Source: an uncultured bacterium | GTDB lineage: Bacteria; Babelota; Babeliae; Babelales; Babelaceae | Length of the DNA: 64,000 bases | Direction of reading: 5' to 3' | Assembly: GCA_963713855.1 (NCBI GenBank) | Contig: OY970209.1 | Location: 1,457,902-1,521,901 of the forward strand | In this document: piece after piece, positions 50,478-61,124 of the stretch | How the letters are laid out: the number at the start of each line of letters is the position of its first letter | How positions within the stretch are numbered: the stretch's first letter is position 1 | Position numbers and translations under genes: made by a program | The notes under the pieces: generated by a model | The model's input: only the letters and a program-made list of their open reading frames with translations | Told to the model about the DNA's origin: nothing | The model's database searches: none

Positions 50478-50745
50478 GACTTCTTCCTTTATCGATCCCA
50501 TTCTCTACCTTAAACTATACCATATTATATTTCTAATTTTCAATAATATATTTTTAAGGTATTAAAAATTTTTCTCTCTTGGGGTACGCGAATTTTTTTA
50601 ATTTTTAATAATGTACAAATTTTGCATATAAAAAAATATTGAATTTCTTATTAAGTAAAAGTTATTATATAAAGAACGGGTTAGTTCTAAGTTATGCCCG
50701 GTTAAAAGAAGATAGAGAAAACTCTTAAAAAGAGAGACGAAAACG

Positions 50746-51021
50746 ATGAAAAAAGTATATAAAAAAATCGCACAGTACCTATTCTTAATACTCTGTGCTC
50801 TTAACGCTCGAATCGCACTATCTCAAGTAGAGGAACAACAATATATACGTAGTGGTCCTACTGGTACTTTTATTGTTCCTGAGCCTACAAGCAGGGATTG
50901 TAAAGAGCACGAAAGATGTGTCACTGAGGACGGACAGGCGGGAATTTGCGATCAAACCTATTGTGGAGTTGGACTAAAGTGTTTTATATGTCGACCTGGA
51001 ACGGGACCAGGATCTACATAA
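50746..51021 (+). CDS. Small secreted cysteine-rich protein
   Basis: Signal peptide; C..HE.C...DG..G.C...C...C..C. Confidence 0.6.
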   Translation: MKKVYKKIAQYLFLILCALNARIALSQVEEQQYIRSGPTGTFIVPEPTSRDCKEHERCVTEDGQAGICDQTYCGVGLKCFICRPGTGPGST

Positions 51022-51039
51022 AACTAAAAGGGGGGATTC

Positions 51040-51294
51040 ATGAAGAAGCTATTCATAGTTTTATTATGTGCATTGATGGTTAATGCATTGGAGATAAAAG
51101 CGGAGCGTGTAATATATCCCCCACGCAAATGCGAGTACGAAGGCCAACTATGTACTCGCTGGGATGGACGAACAGGCTGGTGTCGCACAAGCTACGATAT
51201 TAAGGGCTTTCCAAGCATATATTGTGAAACTATGGAAACTGATTCCTTCGGCTTTCCAGACCGAGGATATTTCTGGCCACAAGAACGGTGCTGA
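51040..51294 (+). CDS. Small secreted cysteine-rich protein (paralog-like)
   Basis: Signal peptide; C..EGQ.C...DG..G.C. Confidence 0.6.
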   Translation: MKKLFIVLLCALMVNALEIKAERVIYPPRKCEYEGQLCTRWDGRTGWCRTSYDIKGFPSIYCETMETDSFGFPDRGYFWPQERC

Positions 51295-51298
51295 TAGG

Positions 51299-52195
51299 TC
51301 ACAGAACATTTTGAAGTTGTTCACGTATTTTTTCAAGCGCTACTTTACTCTCAATGGCAAAGTTTGCAATGTCGGCTCGTGCCGCCTTTGACGCGATAGT
51401 ATTAATTTCCCGCGATATTTCCTGAAGCGTGAATTCGAGCTTCTTACCTTTTTCATAGCCTTCTGCATCAAGCACTTTAAAAAAATGTTCTATATGAGCT
51501 TCACAACGTACAAGCTCTTCGCTCATTTCACCACGATTCAGTTGAAGCTGCAAAAGCTGCAACTGAGCATCTCTGACATCGCTACTAGCATCCTGAAGTA
51601 CTTCTTCAACCTGGCGCATTGCCTCCTGTTTACGTTCTTGAGCAACAATAGCCGCTTTTTCTTTTATTATTTTGACATGCGATTTAACTTCCTGAAGATG
51701 AGCTCTGATATCTTCTTCAAGAAGAGCACCTTCTTTTAAGCGTGTGACCGTAAGCTGTCGCGCGAGCTCATCAATTATACCAAGCACTTGCCCACTTGTC
51801 TCCTCGCAAGCCAAGAGGTCAGGCACCTCAAAAATATGCGGCAAATGAATAAGCTCGGTTAATGAAAGAGTACCGGGTAATTCATAACGTTCTTGAATTG
51901 CCTTTAAAGCTTCAACATAGCCAGAAATAACTTGATAAGAAGGCGTAATATCAGCTTTAAGAGCCTGTGGATTATTAACATGCACCGTTACATACAAAGT
52001 ACCACGTGACAATGAGGCCTTAAGCCGCTTTACTATTTCAGTCTCAAGATGAGTTAACGCATAGGGCAATTTACAATTTACCTCAATAAAACGAGCATTG
52101 AGCGATTTTAGCGTGCACGTAAGGTGAAGAGGTAAACAGTCGCCCGAAGTAATTGAAACTGTCGCATTACTAAAGCCAGTCATGCTTAATAACAT
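51299..52195 (-). CDS. yicC: YicC/YloC family endoribonuclease
   Basis: SMTGF, SLNARF, GKKLEFTLQEISREINTIASK, EKIREQLQNV. Confidence 0.9.
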   Translation of the reverse strand: MLLSMTGFSNATVSITSGDCLPLHLTCTLKSLNARFIEVNCKLPYALTHLETEIVKRLKASLSRGTLYVTVHVNNPQALKADITPSYQVISGYVEALKAIQERYELPGTLSLTELIHLPHIFEVPDLLACEETSGQVLGIIDELARQLTVTRLKEGALLEEDIRAHLQEVKSHVKIIKEKAAIVAQERKQEAMRQVEEVLQDASSDVRDAQLQLLQLQLNRGEMSEELVRCEAHIEHFFKVLDAEGYEKGKKLEFTLQEISREINTIASKAARADIANFAIESKVALEKIREQLQNVL

Positions 52196-52211
52196 GTATA
52201 TATCCTTACTA

Positions 52212-52778
52212 TTATTTAATCACATCTTTTTTTGCATGCGGTAAAGGCTTTTTCTGGCAAGGCTCGCCCAAAAGCTCTTTTAAAGCTTCATTGTGCTTAA
52301 TCTCATTATCAAGAACTTCAATCAAAGAATTAGTTTTTACTATAAGGTCTTGTGATAGGGCAATGACATCTTGAGCGACAGGAGCTATTTTTTGAAAAAG
52401 GGGGGCATAGCAGGGCTCGTTTACAAGCTCCTTAATAGTATCTGTAATCTTTAAGGCACTTTTAATTTCTGGTACTAAGCTTTTAAACTGCTTTATTTGT
52501 TCATGCGCTTCCTTAAAAGCTTTACGTACTTTGCTTCTACTCTTTCGCAGTTTTGGGTCTTTAGCCGCCTTAGAGACATTTCCTTGATGCTTTTTTAAAG
52601 CAGTAAATGGCACTAAAAGAGAAGGATTTGATACGGTAATTTCTATACTCGTTTCTTTTTCTACTTTCGTCTGTACAGGCGCCGCATTGGAGCAATTATT
52701 TTCGTTGGCTTGCGTAAGCGCGGTTCCGTTAACCATGGTCAAAAAACCAAATAGCAATGGCAAGTACTTATATTTCAT
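52212..52778 (-). CDS. Secreted hypothetical protein
   Basis: MKYKYLPLL signal peptide after GAGGA. Confidence 0.5.
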   Translation of the reverse strand: MKYKYLPLLFGFLTMVNGTALTQANENNCSNAAPVQTKVEKETSIEITVSNPSLLVPFTALKKHQGNVSKAAKDPKLRKSRSKVRKAFKEAHEQIKQFKSLVPEIKSALKITDTIKELVNEPCYAPLFQKIAPVAQDVIALSQDLIVKTNSLIEVLDNEIKHNEALKELLGEPCQKKPLPHAKKDVIK

Positions 52779-52984
52779 AGTAATCCTCGTAAACATGTTC
52801 TTTTTTGCAAAGATACTTTTTTCTTCTAGTTTAAGAGAATTACTCGTTAAGAGCAAACGGAGGTGAGCTTATTGGCTTGCATTTTTAACATGCCATTGGT
52901 AGAGTACGTGAGATCTTCATATATAAGGGCAATGCGTTTTAGATTAAAACCCTGCACTGGGTAAGACCGGATTCCATCTTAACA

Positions 52985-55078
52985 ATGGAGAAATTTCTCA
53001 TGAAGCACTTACTCTGTAGCCTGTTACTTTTCATGACCCCCATTTTTGTAGAAGGCTTAGTTTTTACGGTAACCAACACCGCCGATTATGGCGATGGCTC
53101 ATTCCGTCAAGCCATTCATAAAGCTAATCAAAACCCAGGATCCTCCATCACTTTCAACATTGAGGGAAAAGGTCCACATACCATTAAGCCGTTAAGCCAG
53201 TTACCGATCATCTTAAGCGCGCGCACAATTATTGATGGCACAACCCAGCAAGGTTTTACAAAAGGTCCTCAGCTCATCCTCAATGGTGATAACTCCCCTG
53301 CCGAAATCGGCTTAATAGTCGTTGGCAATGCTTGCATCATAAAAGGACTTACAGTTCAGCATTTTAAAAACGCGGGAATTCTAATCCTAGGGCCACAAGG
53401 AAATACCACTATCTCAGGATGTTACGTGGGAACCGACGAGTCAGGATCCGCACCTGCAAGCAACGGTTATGGTATCAGGATACTTGGCTCTTCCAACAAC
53501 ACTATAGGGGGGCAAACAACCAATGAACGAAATATTATTGCGGGCAATAAACAGAGTGGAATAGATATACAGACCGCGGGAAGGGATATTAGTAATAATA
53601 GTATCAAGGGAAACTATATTGGCATCGCTGCAAACGGACAACTAGAAGTCCCTAACAAAACCGCGGGAATAACGCTCGGCTCAAACGATGGATCATATGT
53701 CAAAAATACCATCATTGGCGGAACTACCTCAGAAAGCAACATGATTAACCATGATAATGGTATTTTCATTGGAACCAATGCTATAAACAATACTATTGAC
53801 GGTAATTTTATAGGCACCGAACGATTCGAAACCCCAAAAAACGTCACTGAATCTAGTGAACTTGGCAGCGTTTCTTCTTCTGAACTCAATAGTCAAACTC
53901 TTTTGGATGAAGTCGTTGAGCATCACTCAAATCTTACAAATACAGATACTTTTGCAGAATTAACTCCTTCAGCATCAACGATCATACCAGATAAGCCGGG
54001 TACCGAGCAACCACAAGAAAAAGAGGCCAAAGCGCCAACATCATTAATTGTTACAATAAGCCAAGTGGCTGAAACACCGTTGTGCCCAACGGGATCAACG
54101 CAACTTATTGCTGACGTTTCAGGTGCTGTAAGTAATTTGCTTAAGTTTGAATGGTCGGATGGTCTTACAGAAATTGTTCCAACCCCACATAGGCGGCTTG
54201 TTAATCATTGGGAAAGTGTTTATTACGTAAAAGTGACAGATCCAGAAGCTCAACAAACTGCTTATGCGGAATGGTGCACTATCGATGCACGATCACCACA
54301 GTTCGCATGGTTAAAAGCTTTGCCATCCCCAACACTCGCAGGAACTATACTCAATCTCGAGATAACCGAAGGTACAGCACCATTTACCATTACGTGGACT
54401 GATGGCTTTTCCCAAACTGTGCATGGTAAGCGTATAGAGCGTCTTGTGGCTCCCGAATTCTCGACGGATTATTTAGCTGAAATAGTAGATGTCAATGGCT
54501 GCAAAACTGTTGCAGGTCCTGTGAATGTCTCTGTGCTTCCTCTGACAGCTAGTCTTACAGCAAACAAGCCACAGATTTGCCAAGGTCAATTTGTTGACTT
54601 GAAAGTAACCTTTAATTCATCAACTGCCGTAAAGATACGATGGTCAGATAACTATACTCAAGAACACATTACGACTTCGCCCATAATACGAAAAATGAAA
54701 CCACTAAAAACGACACCGTATTGGGTGGAGATAGAAAATCAAAACGGTCATAAGGTAAAGCAATCACTTCGCGTAATTGTGCATCCCGCAGTCAAGGGAA
54801 TCATTACCCGAAAACCATCAAAAGTCTGCTCTGGCGAGTGTACTCCTATAGATTTTGCAATACAGGGAGGCACTCCTCCTTTTAAGGTTAAATGGTCTGA
54901 CGCTCCTGTTTATCACGCGTTTACACATCTATTTGGAAGACAACTAAAACATAGCGTTTGCCCATTTAAAACGACACCTTATAGTTTTACAGTTATAGAT
55001 GCAAACCAGTGCGTGAGCGCACCAGTAGCAACCACAGTTACCGTCGCAAAAATTGCTAAGGCAATTAAAAAGAAATAG
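52985..55078 (+). CDS. Surface protein with parallel beta-helix and Ig/PKD-like repeats
   Basis: VTNTADYGDGSFRQAI, GNYIG/GNFIG repeats, GTAPFTITW-type repeats. Confidence 0.7.
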   Translation: MEKFLMKHLLCSLLLFMTPIFVEGLVFTVTNTADYGDGSFRQAIHKANQNPGSSITFNIEGKGPHTIKPLSQLPIILSARTIIDGTTQQGFTKGPQLILNGDNSPAEIGLIVVGNACIIKGLTVQHFKNAGILILGPQGNTTISGCYVGTDESGSAPASNGYGIRILGSSNNTIGGQTTNERNIIAGNKQSGIDIQTAGRDISNNSIKGNYIGIAANGQLEVPNKTAGITLGSNDGSYVKNTIIGGTTSESNMINHDNGIFIGTNAINNTIDGNFIGTERFETPKNVTESSELGSVSSSELNSQTLLDEVVEHHSNLTNTDTFAELTPSASTIIPDKPGTEQPQEKEAKAPTSLIVTISQVAETPLCPTGSTQLIADVSGAVSNLLKFEWSDGLTEIVPTPHRRLVNHWESVYYVKVTDPEAQQTAYAEWCTIDARSPQFAWLKALPSPTLAGTILNLEITEGTAPFTITWTDGFSQTVHGKRIERLVAPEFSTDYLAEIVDVNGCKTVAGPVNVSVLPLTASLTANKPQICQGQFVDLKVTFNSSTAVKIRWSDNYTQEHITTSPIIRKMKPLKTTPYWVEIENQNGHKVKQSLRVIVHPAVKGIITRKPSKVCSGECTPIDFAIQGGTPPFKVKWSDAPVYHAFTHLFGRQLKHSVCPFKTTPYSFTVIDANQCVSAPVATTVTVAKIAKAIKKK

Positions 55079-55101
55079 CAGAAAAACGGGTTGAGGCCCT
55101 A

Positions 55102-55836
55102 CTAGTACGGTCCTAAAATATCACTAAGAGTTTCAGGATTAGGTAAATAGTGTCTTCCACGTTCCAGCCAATCATAAAGGCTACGTATACCACCTTGCAT
55201 TTGTCTTCGCTCGGCAGCTAAAGTTCTTTGTGTCCAGCAACTTCTTGCGTCTTCAAAAATCCCCCACGTATATTCGCTCTCACCGGGTGGAAGCTGAATT
55301 CTAAATTCTGTATCTAATGCACATTGTTGAGCCGCGTAATGTTCTGGTGTAAGCCCTTTTTTATCAGCAGCATATATATCTGCGCCTGATGCAAGTAACG
55401 GCACTATGATCTCATTTGGCTTATTATTAAGAATCGCCAGGTGCAGTGGAGTTAAGCCCTCGCTATTTTTTGCATTAACGCCACTTGGATTGGCTTTTAA
55501 CGCAGTTTCTAATTGAAAAGCTTCCTTTTTATATTGCGAATCTAAAGAACGATCCAGCCTCAATGCCGCCCCGTACTTGTTCCAATGCTGTAAAGACCAA
55601 CCACGAAGGTAGTTGGCCAAAGCTGCTTTCACGTTTTCGCTTATCGAACTGAAGGATAGAAGATCCAGATTTTCAGGCCCAATTTTTTGACGTAACTCTT
55701 CAAGAAGCAGCAAAAGCTCTTTCTCTTCAAGCGTCGTCGAAGAAACGGCTTTAAAAATAGGAGTATCATCAACTTCATCACCACACACGTTTAGCGCAAA
55801 ACCTAAAAGTAACGCTAACGCTAATACATTCTTCAT
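55102..55836 (-). CDS. Ankyrin repeat protein
   Basis: GLTPLHLAI, GADIYAADKKGLTP. Confidence 0.75.
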   Translation of the reverse strand: MKNVLALALLLGFALNVCGDEVDDTPIFKAVSSTTLEEKELLLLLEELRQKIGPENLDLLSFSSISENVKAALANYLRGWSLQHWNKYGAALRLDRSLDSQYKKEAFQLETALKANPSGVNAKNSEGLTPLHLAILNNKPNEIIVPLLASGADIYAADKKGLTPEHYAAQQCALDTEFRIQLPPGESEYTWGIFEDARSCWTQRTLAAERRQMQGGIRSLYDWLERGRHYLPNPETLSDILGPY

Positions 55837-55997
55837 ATTACAAATCCTCGATGCAACTTATTATTTTTTTAAATGTCTTTTATAATACTATTTCTAGCAT
55901 ATTTATTTTGTAATTGTCAATTGAATTGAAATCGTTCCAGTCCCAAAAGCGCTAGGACTTTGACACTTAAATGAAAAATGCTCAGGGAAAGAAACTG

Positions 55998-56717
55998 TTA
56001 TTCTAGGTTTGAATACACATTTTGGACATCTTCTAGCTCTTCAACAGCTTCGAGAAATTCAATAGCGCGGGCTTCTTCATCTTCTTTTAAAGCCATGGTT
56101 GTTCGCGGTACAAGCTCGATCTCAGCTTCGAGAACCTTTAGACCAAAAGCTTCTAATGCTTGTTTTACGTCTTGCAAGATACGCGGATTACAGGTGATAA
56201 CGCATCCGTCATCTTCACAATCTATGTCGCGTACATCATATGAAAGTAATGCTTCCATAAGCTGTTCTTCAGATACTTTTGAATCCTCAGCGGTGCGTAT
56301 GACACCCAATCGATCAAACATCCAGCCCACCGTTCCCGATTCTCCAAGGCTTCCGCCTTTGCGGGAGAATACATGACGGATTTCTCCGATTGCTTTATTT
56401 TTGTTATCAGTCAGGACTTCAACAATGACGGCTATTCCACCTGGACCGTATCCTTCATAAGCGTAAGCCTCGTACTGTACACCGGGAAGCTCACCGGTCC
56501 CTTTTTTAATAGCGCGGTTCGCATTTTCTGCTGGCATATTAACATCTCGGGCTTTTTCTAAAAGAAACCTTAGCCTTGGATTTCCCGCAGGATCGCCGCC
56601 TCCAGTACGCGCAGCAACGGTAATTTCCTTAATAAGCTTTGTAAAGCTTTTTGAGCGCTTTGCATCCGCAATCGCTTTTTTATGTTTTATTGATTTCCAT
56701 TTTGAATGTCCGGCCAT
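55998..56717 (-). CDS. yebC: YebC/PmpR family protein
   Basis: MAGHSKW, YEGYGPGG, DVQNVYSN. Confidence 0.95.
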   Translation of the reverse strand: MAGHSKWKSIKHKKAIADAKRSKSFTKLIKEITVAARTGGGDPAGNPRLRFLLEKARDVNMPAENANRAIKKGTGELPGVQYEAYAYEGYGPGGIAVIVEVLTDNKNKAIGEIRHVFSRKGGSLGESGTVGWMFDRLGVIRTAEDSKVSEEQLMEALLSYDVRDIDCEDDGCVITCNPRILQDVKQALEAFGLKVLEAEIELVPRTTMALKEDEEARAIEFLEAVEELEDVQNVYSNLE

Positions 56718-56728
56718 GAAACTAATCC

Positions 56729-57745
56729 TTATATATGCTGTTGGCCCTGATACCTTTTTTTAAGCTGCACTAGAGACTTTGCTGGAATTTGACGCCCTCG
56801 TGACGTTTTTTCGAGATATCCTTTTCGTAAAAGGAAAGGCTCATAGACCTCTTCAAGCGTCGAGCTATCTTCTCCAACAATTGAAGCCAAAGTTTCTACA
56901 CCTACAGGACCACCTCCAAAAAGGTCTACGATCGTTTTTAGTATAGCGTGATCAAGAACGGTCAAACCATCCTCGTCTATACCAAGAAGATGTAATGCCT
57001 CTTGCACAAGTCCTACGGTAATAACGGATGCATTTTGGACTTGTGCAACATCGCGCACACGTCGTAAAATCTTCTTAGCCGTCCGGGGAGTGCCACGCGC
57101 ACAAGAAGCAATAATGTAAGCACCCTCTGAGTCAATTTTAAACCCAAGAAATCTTGCAGACTGCTCAACTATCTGCGAAAGTTCAGATTCCTTATAAAAA
57201 TCTAAGCGTTCGGTAATCCCAAAGCGCGTGCGTAAAGGGGCTGAAAGCAAAGCCGGTCTTGTAGTGGCACCTATGAGGGTAAAGGGATTAATTGGCAATG
57301 TAATTGATTGCGCACCAGGACCTTGGCCAAGAATTACGTCGACCTTGTACTGCTCCATGGCGCTATAAAGCACTTCTTCAACAGCAATGGGAAGCCGATG
57401 GATTTCATCAATAAAAAGAATCCCGCGTTCAGGAAGTGACGTCAAAAGCGAAACTAAGTCACCTGTTCGCTCAAGCATAGGACCGCTACAGATTTTAAGC
57501 TCCACGCCCATGACTTGGGCCATAATAGTAGCAAGGGTTGTTTTACCAAGTCCAGGTGGCCCAAAAAGAAGAAGATGATCAAGAGCTTCGTTACGCAAAC
57601 ACGCGGCAGCCGTGTAGATAGCAAGCTTATGCTTCAATTCAGCCTGCCCTAAATAATCGTCAAAAGTTTTGGGCTGAAAATCAAGTGAGCGTTCTTCTTT
57701 TGGCTCTATAGTGTTTAGCAAAGAAAATGGTGAAATTACTTTCAT
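56729..57745 (-). CDS. ruvB: Holliday junction helicase RuvB
   Basis: GPPGLGKTT, FIDEIHR, GATTR, RGTPR, EVYEPFL. Confidence 0.95.
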   Translation of the reverse strand: MKVISPFSLLNTIEPKEERSLDFQPKTFDDYLGQAELKHKLAIYTAAACLRNEALDHLLLFGPPGLGKTTLATIMAQVMGVELKICSGPMLERTGDLVSLLTSLPERGILFIDEIHRLPIAVEEVLYSAMEQYKVDVILGQGPGAQSITLPINPFTLIGATTRPALLSAPLRTRFGITERLDFYKESELSQIVEQSARFLGFKIDSEGAYIIASCARGTPRTAKKILRRVRDVAQVQNASVITVGLVQEALHLLGIDEDGLTVLDHAILKTIVDLFGGGPVGVETLASIVGEDSSTLEEVYEPFLLRKGYLEKTSRGRQIPAKSLVQLKKRYQGQQHI

Positions 57746-57809
57746 GCTTTCTTGTTTATAATAAAAGTATAGCTGATAGTATAGCACACTCCTACAAAAA
57801 GACTCGTGA

Positions 57810-58907
57810 TCAGTGAGTTATAAGAAAACGACGCATCATGATGCTTTGTATAATACCCAAGCTTATATAGCTAATCCACGAATGCGTAATACCATACGTC
57901 ATAAAGGGAAGCGGTATGCCAACAATTGGCAAAAGGCCTATAACCATTCCTAAATTGATAAGCGTGGAAAATGCTAATGGCAACGTCAGGCCAACAGCAA
58001 GGACTTGCGTATAAAAATTTTTTATCGTTGGAGTCAAAGCAAAAAGCCTTAAAAAAAGTAGTAAGTAAAGCAAAATGAGGCAGAGAGCTCCTAAAAATCC
58101 CCATTCTTCACAAAAGACGGAAAATATAAAATCGGTACGGCCCTCAGGTAAAAAATGTAGCTTATTTTGAGTGCCCTTCATAAAGCCCTTACCAGTAAGA
58201 CCTCCTGAGCCAATAGCTATTTGTGACTGCTCGAGCTGGTAGCGTTCTTTCGTTTTATCTCCTTGCCCCAAAAAAACAAGAACGCGCTGTTGCTGATAGG
58301 GCTTTAGAAAATGCCAACCAAGAGGAGCCATAATAAGGCTTATAAAAGCACAGGCAAAGAAAAACTGCTTACTTATGCCAACAAACCACAAGAGCGTAAG
58401 AACAGAAAAGAGGATGACAAGTGCGGTGCCTAAATCAGGCTGTTTTAAGATAAGTAACATGGTTAATGCTAATGCACCAAGGATCGGTAAAAAGGTTTTT
58501 ATAGAATACTCAGAAATTTTTTCGGTAGCTAGATAGTATGAAAGGAAGGGCGCAAAAAAGAGCTTTGAACACTCAGATGGCTGAAACTTAAAAATACCAA
58601 GATTAATCCACCGTTGACCACCCATAGACATGCTTCCTTTTAAGATCGTCCAGAAAAGAAGCGCTATTACGCCAAAATAGAGAAAATATCCCCATCTTTC
58701 AAATGTTTTGTAGTCCAGGTAACACGAAACTATATACAGCATTAAGCCTGTGACAACTCCAAACACCTGCTTTTTAAAAAAAAGAGACAGGGCTTCATCT
58801 GGCCGATATGTGGCGCTATAAACCGTCAAAAGTCCAATGAGAGAAAGAAGTACAATGAGAAGAAAAGTTGTCCAATCGCTGCTGCGAATATAGCGTAGAT
58901 CAATCAT
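57810..58907 (-). CDS. rodA: Rod shape-determining protein RodA (SEDS)
   Basis: GGQRWI, FQPSE, KQPDLGTA, AIGSGG, TDFIF, GIPLPF; start moved to ATG 58907 to avoid the tRNA. Confidence 0.9.
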   Translation of the reverse strand: MIDLRYIRSSDWTTFLLIVLLSLIGLLTVYSATYRPDEALSLFFKKQVFGVVTGLMLYIVSCYLDYKTFERWGYFLYFGVIALLFWTILKGSMSMGGQRWINLGIFKFQPSECSKLFFAPFLSYYLATEKISEYSIKTFLPILGALALTMLLILKQPDLGTALVILFSVLTLLWFVGISKQFFFACAFISLIMAPLGWHFLKPYQQQRVLVFLGQGDKTKERYQLEQSQIAIGSGGLTGKGFMKGTQNKLHFLPEGRTDFIFSVFCEEWGFLGALCLILLYLLLFLRLFALTPTIKNFYTQVLAVGLTLPLAFSTLINLGMVIGLLPIVGIPLPFMTYGITHSWISYISLGIIQSIMMRRFLITH

Positions 58908-58913
58908 ACAAAA

Positions 58914-58989
58914 TGGTCGGGGCGGCCAGACTCGAACTGACAACCCCTCGCTCCCAAAGCGAGTGCGCTACCAATTGCGCCACGCCCCG
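58914..58989 (-). tRNA. tRNA-Pro(TGG)
   Basis: CGGGGCGTGGCGCAA...TTTGGGA...TTCGAGTC...CCGACCA. Confidence 0.95.
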
Positions 58990-59050
58990 ATATTATGCAT
59001 CAATTGTACGTTTTTTTTAAAATGAGTGCAAGAACAAACTTGAGATTCCT

Positions 59051-59127
59051 TGGGGTGAGTAGTGGGATTTGAACCCACGACCCCCAGAGCCACAGTCTGG
59101 TGCTCTGCCAACTGAGCTATACTCACC
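59051..59127 (-). tRNA. tRNA-His(GTG)
   Basis: GGTGAGTATAGCTCAG...CTGTGGC...TTCAAATC...CACCCCA, with G-1. Confidence 0.95.
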
Positions 59128-59281
59128 ACTACATGTGCTAAAGGCACCTCATCAGTGTATCTTTTTTTAAGATTTAAGCAAACGTTACTGTTATATAAAC
59201 TCGCTTCCAGTATTGACAAAAAAGAAATATATTGAGTATAGTAATTAATACTATAAATTTATTCTCATTGCAAGGATTTCT

Positions 59282-60358
59282 ATGATGCAAAAACAAATAA
59301 GGGTCTTGCTCTTTCTAAAGCTCTGTGTAAGCGTGTTTTTCATCTCTGGTATGGAACAATGTCCGGATGTAGAGATGCAAGAAGCATTACAATCTTTACA
59401 CATTTCACAATTCCAAACAGCCATCGATGAACAAAATATTCCGCTGGTCGAGGAACTTATGCGTCAAGCGCCTTGTCTTGCTTTTGTAAGAGATCAGGTA
59501 GGGTTATATCCTTTTCAAAGAGCTCTTAGGGTGGGTAATGCTGGTTTACTTGCACTTCTCGTGCAACCTCTTAAAGGAAAAATCAACACTATCATGTGGG
59601 GCAACCAAGGCAATCCACTATCGCTTGCTATCAGGCTGCATAGACCCGATCTGGTAAACATTCTGTTGGAAAACGGAGCTTACATAGATGCGCGGGATAA
59701 AATCACCCTCGACACGCCTTTATCGATTGCGCTGGAAGAGACTCTAAAAGCTAGAGATGAAGACAAAAAAAATATGAACGCAATAGTAGCTCATTTACTA
59801 CTCAGTCTCCTAAGCGGCCTGAATGTGCAACGGGAAAACGTTCGATCAGCACTTATTGCGCGATATAAAGGTTTAATGTGGCTTCACGCTATAGCAGAAG
59901 CATTTGATGACCCTATGCTCATATTAATGTTACTAAAACTGGGCCTAAATCCTAACGCGCCGGATGCTCGAGGGAATACTCCTCTACATCTTGCCGTTGC
60001 TCACACTAACACGAGGGTAATCAATACGCTTCTTGCCGATCCAAACGTAGAGGTTAATGTTGCAAATAACAGAGGAATTACTCCTCTCATGATGGCTGCA
60101 CTGAATGGTGATATCGACACTATAGACAGGCTCGTTGAAAGAGGTGCCTTACTTAACTTGCATGACACAGAAGGTAGAAACGTCTTTTCTTATGCTCATC
60201 AACCAGCTGTTTTTGAACACATCCTTCGAGTAGTACCACCTTTTACACCCTTAGCCATCACTGCTGGACTTCCTCAGGTACCAAGTTTTAGTCAAGTTCA
60301 AGCTCAGCCGAGATTTGTACCACCCGAACAATTCTCAAGGATCGGATTTAACAGTTAA
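59282..60358 (+). CDS. Ankyrin repeat protein
   Basis: GNTPLHLAV, GITPLMMAA. Confidence 0.85.
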   Translation: MMQKQIRVLLFLKLCVSVFFISGMEQCPDVEMQEALQSLHISQFQTAIDEQNIPLVEELMRQAPCLAFVRDQVGLYPFQRALRVGNAGLLALLVQPLKGKINTIMWGNQGNPLSLAIRLHRPDLVNILLENGAYIDARDKITLDTPLSIALEETLKARDEDKKNMNAIVAHLLLSLLSGLNVQRENVRSALIARYKGLMWLHAIAEAFDDPMLILMLLKLGLNPNAPDARGNTPLHLAVAHTNTRVINTLLADPNVEVNVANNRGITPLMMAALNGDIDTIDRLVERGALLNLHDTEGRNVFSYAHQPAVFEHILRVVPPFTPLAITAGLPQVPSFSQVQAQPRFVPPEQFSRIGFNS

Positions 60359-61023
60359 AAAGGAGTGTTTTAGAAAGCTTATCAGCTTGGCGAACAAGCT
60401 CCGGAAGCCGATAAGAACTACACGCAATACGAATTCTATCGCCGTTTTAAGGCTAATACGATGGCCTACAAAAACAAAGAGTGGCTTAACTTTGGTGCGC
60501 GTACGAACTACGGCACCAACAATTTCCTTTTTATACACCAGAGGAACTGTCCAGCCTGCTTGGTTACCTAAAGATGACTGATCATACGTGCCAACAAGGC
60601 ACGACTTCGCACAGCCAATGGTAGTCCCATAATAACCCTAGATGAGAAGCGATCCCCAGATAACGTGGGGGTGTGCGCGGCCCGAACCGTCCACCATAAC
60701 AAGATCAGGACGCTTTGTAAGCTTGTTAAAAGCCCCACAATGCTTGGCGCTTCGCGGAACGAGAGAAGTCCTGGTATATAGGGCATATGAATAGTTTCTT
60801 CATGAACCTGCTGCTCAAGTAAGCAAAGTTCTGGATAGCTCATTAACACCACCGCGCCACGGGCCTTATTGGTGACCTCGTTAATAGCCATATCTATTCC
60901 TGCAATAGAATGCACTGCATCAAAACAATCTTTCTGTATGACCAACAGAGCAAGCTGCTTTTAGAGCTCAAGGGCCTATCTAGGCTCAATATTCCAGCTA
61001 TCTATCTTTGCTATAGATCGCAC
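60348..61023 (-). pseudogene. nfi: Endonuclease V, disrupted
   Basis: IAGID, PYIPGLLSFRE, KPLFV..GHRISL, YRLPELVRQAD; two in-frame stops near the 5' end and several frameshifts. Confidence 0.85.
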
Positions 61024-61124
61024 AGTTTACCCTTTTCAAATGGATCATAAACATTGGTTTAGAACTCGTTGGTGGTTATTAGCACGGTATCAAACCTTCA
61101 TTCTATAATAAAGGCTATTGTTCA

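Noticed and set aside
52870..52984. Possible riboswitch upstream of the beta-helix gene
   Set aside because: Only a short GTTTTA/TAAAAC stem; no recognisable aptamer consensus
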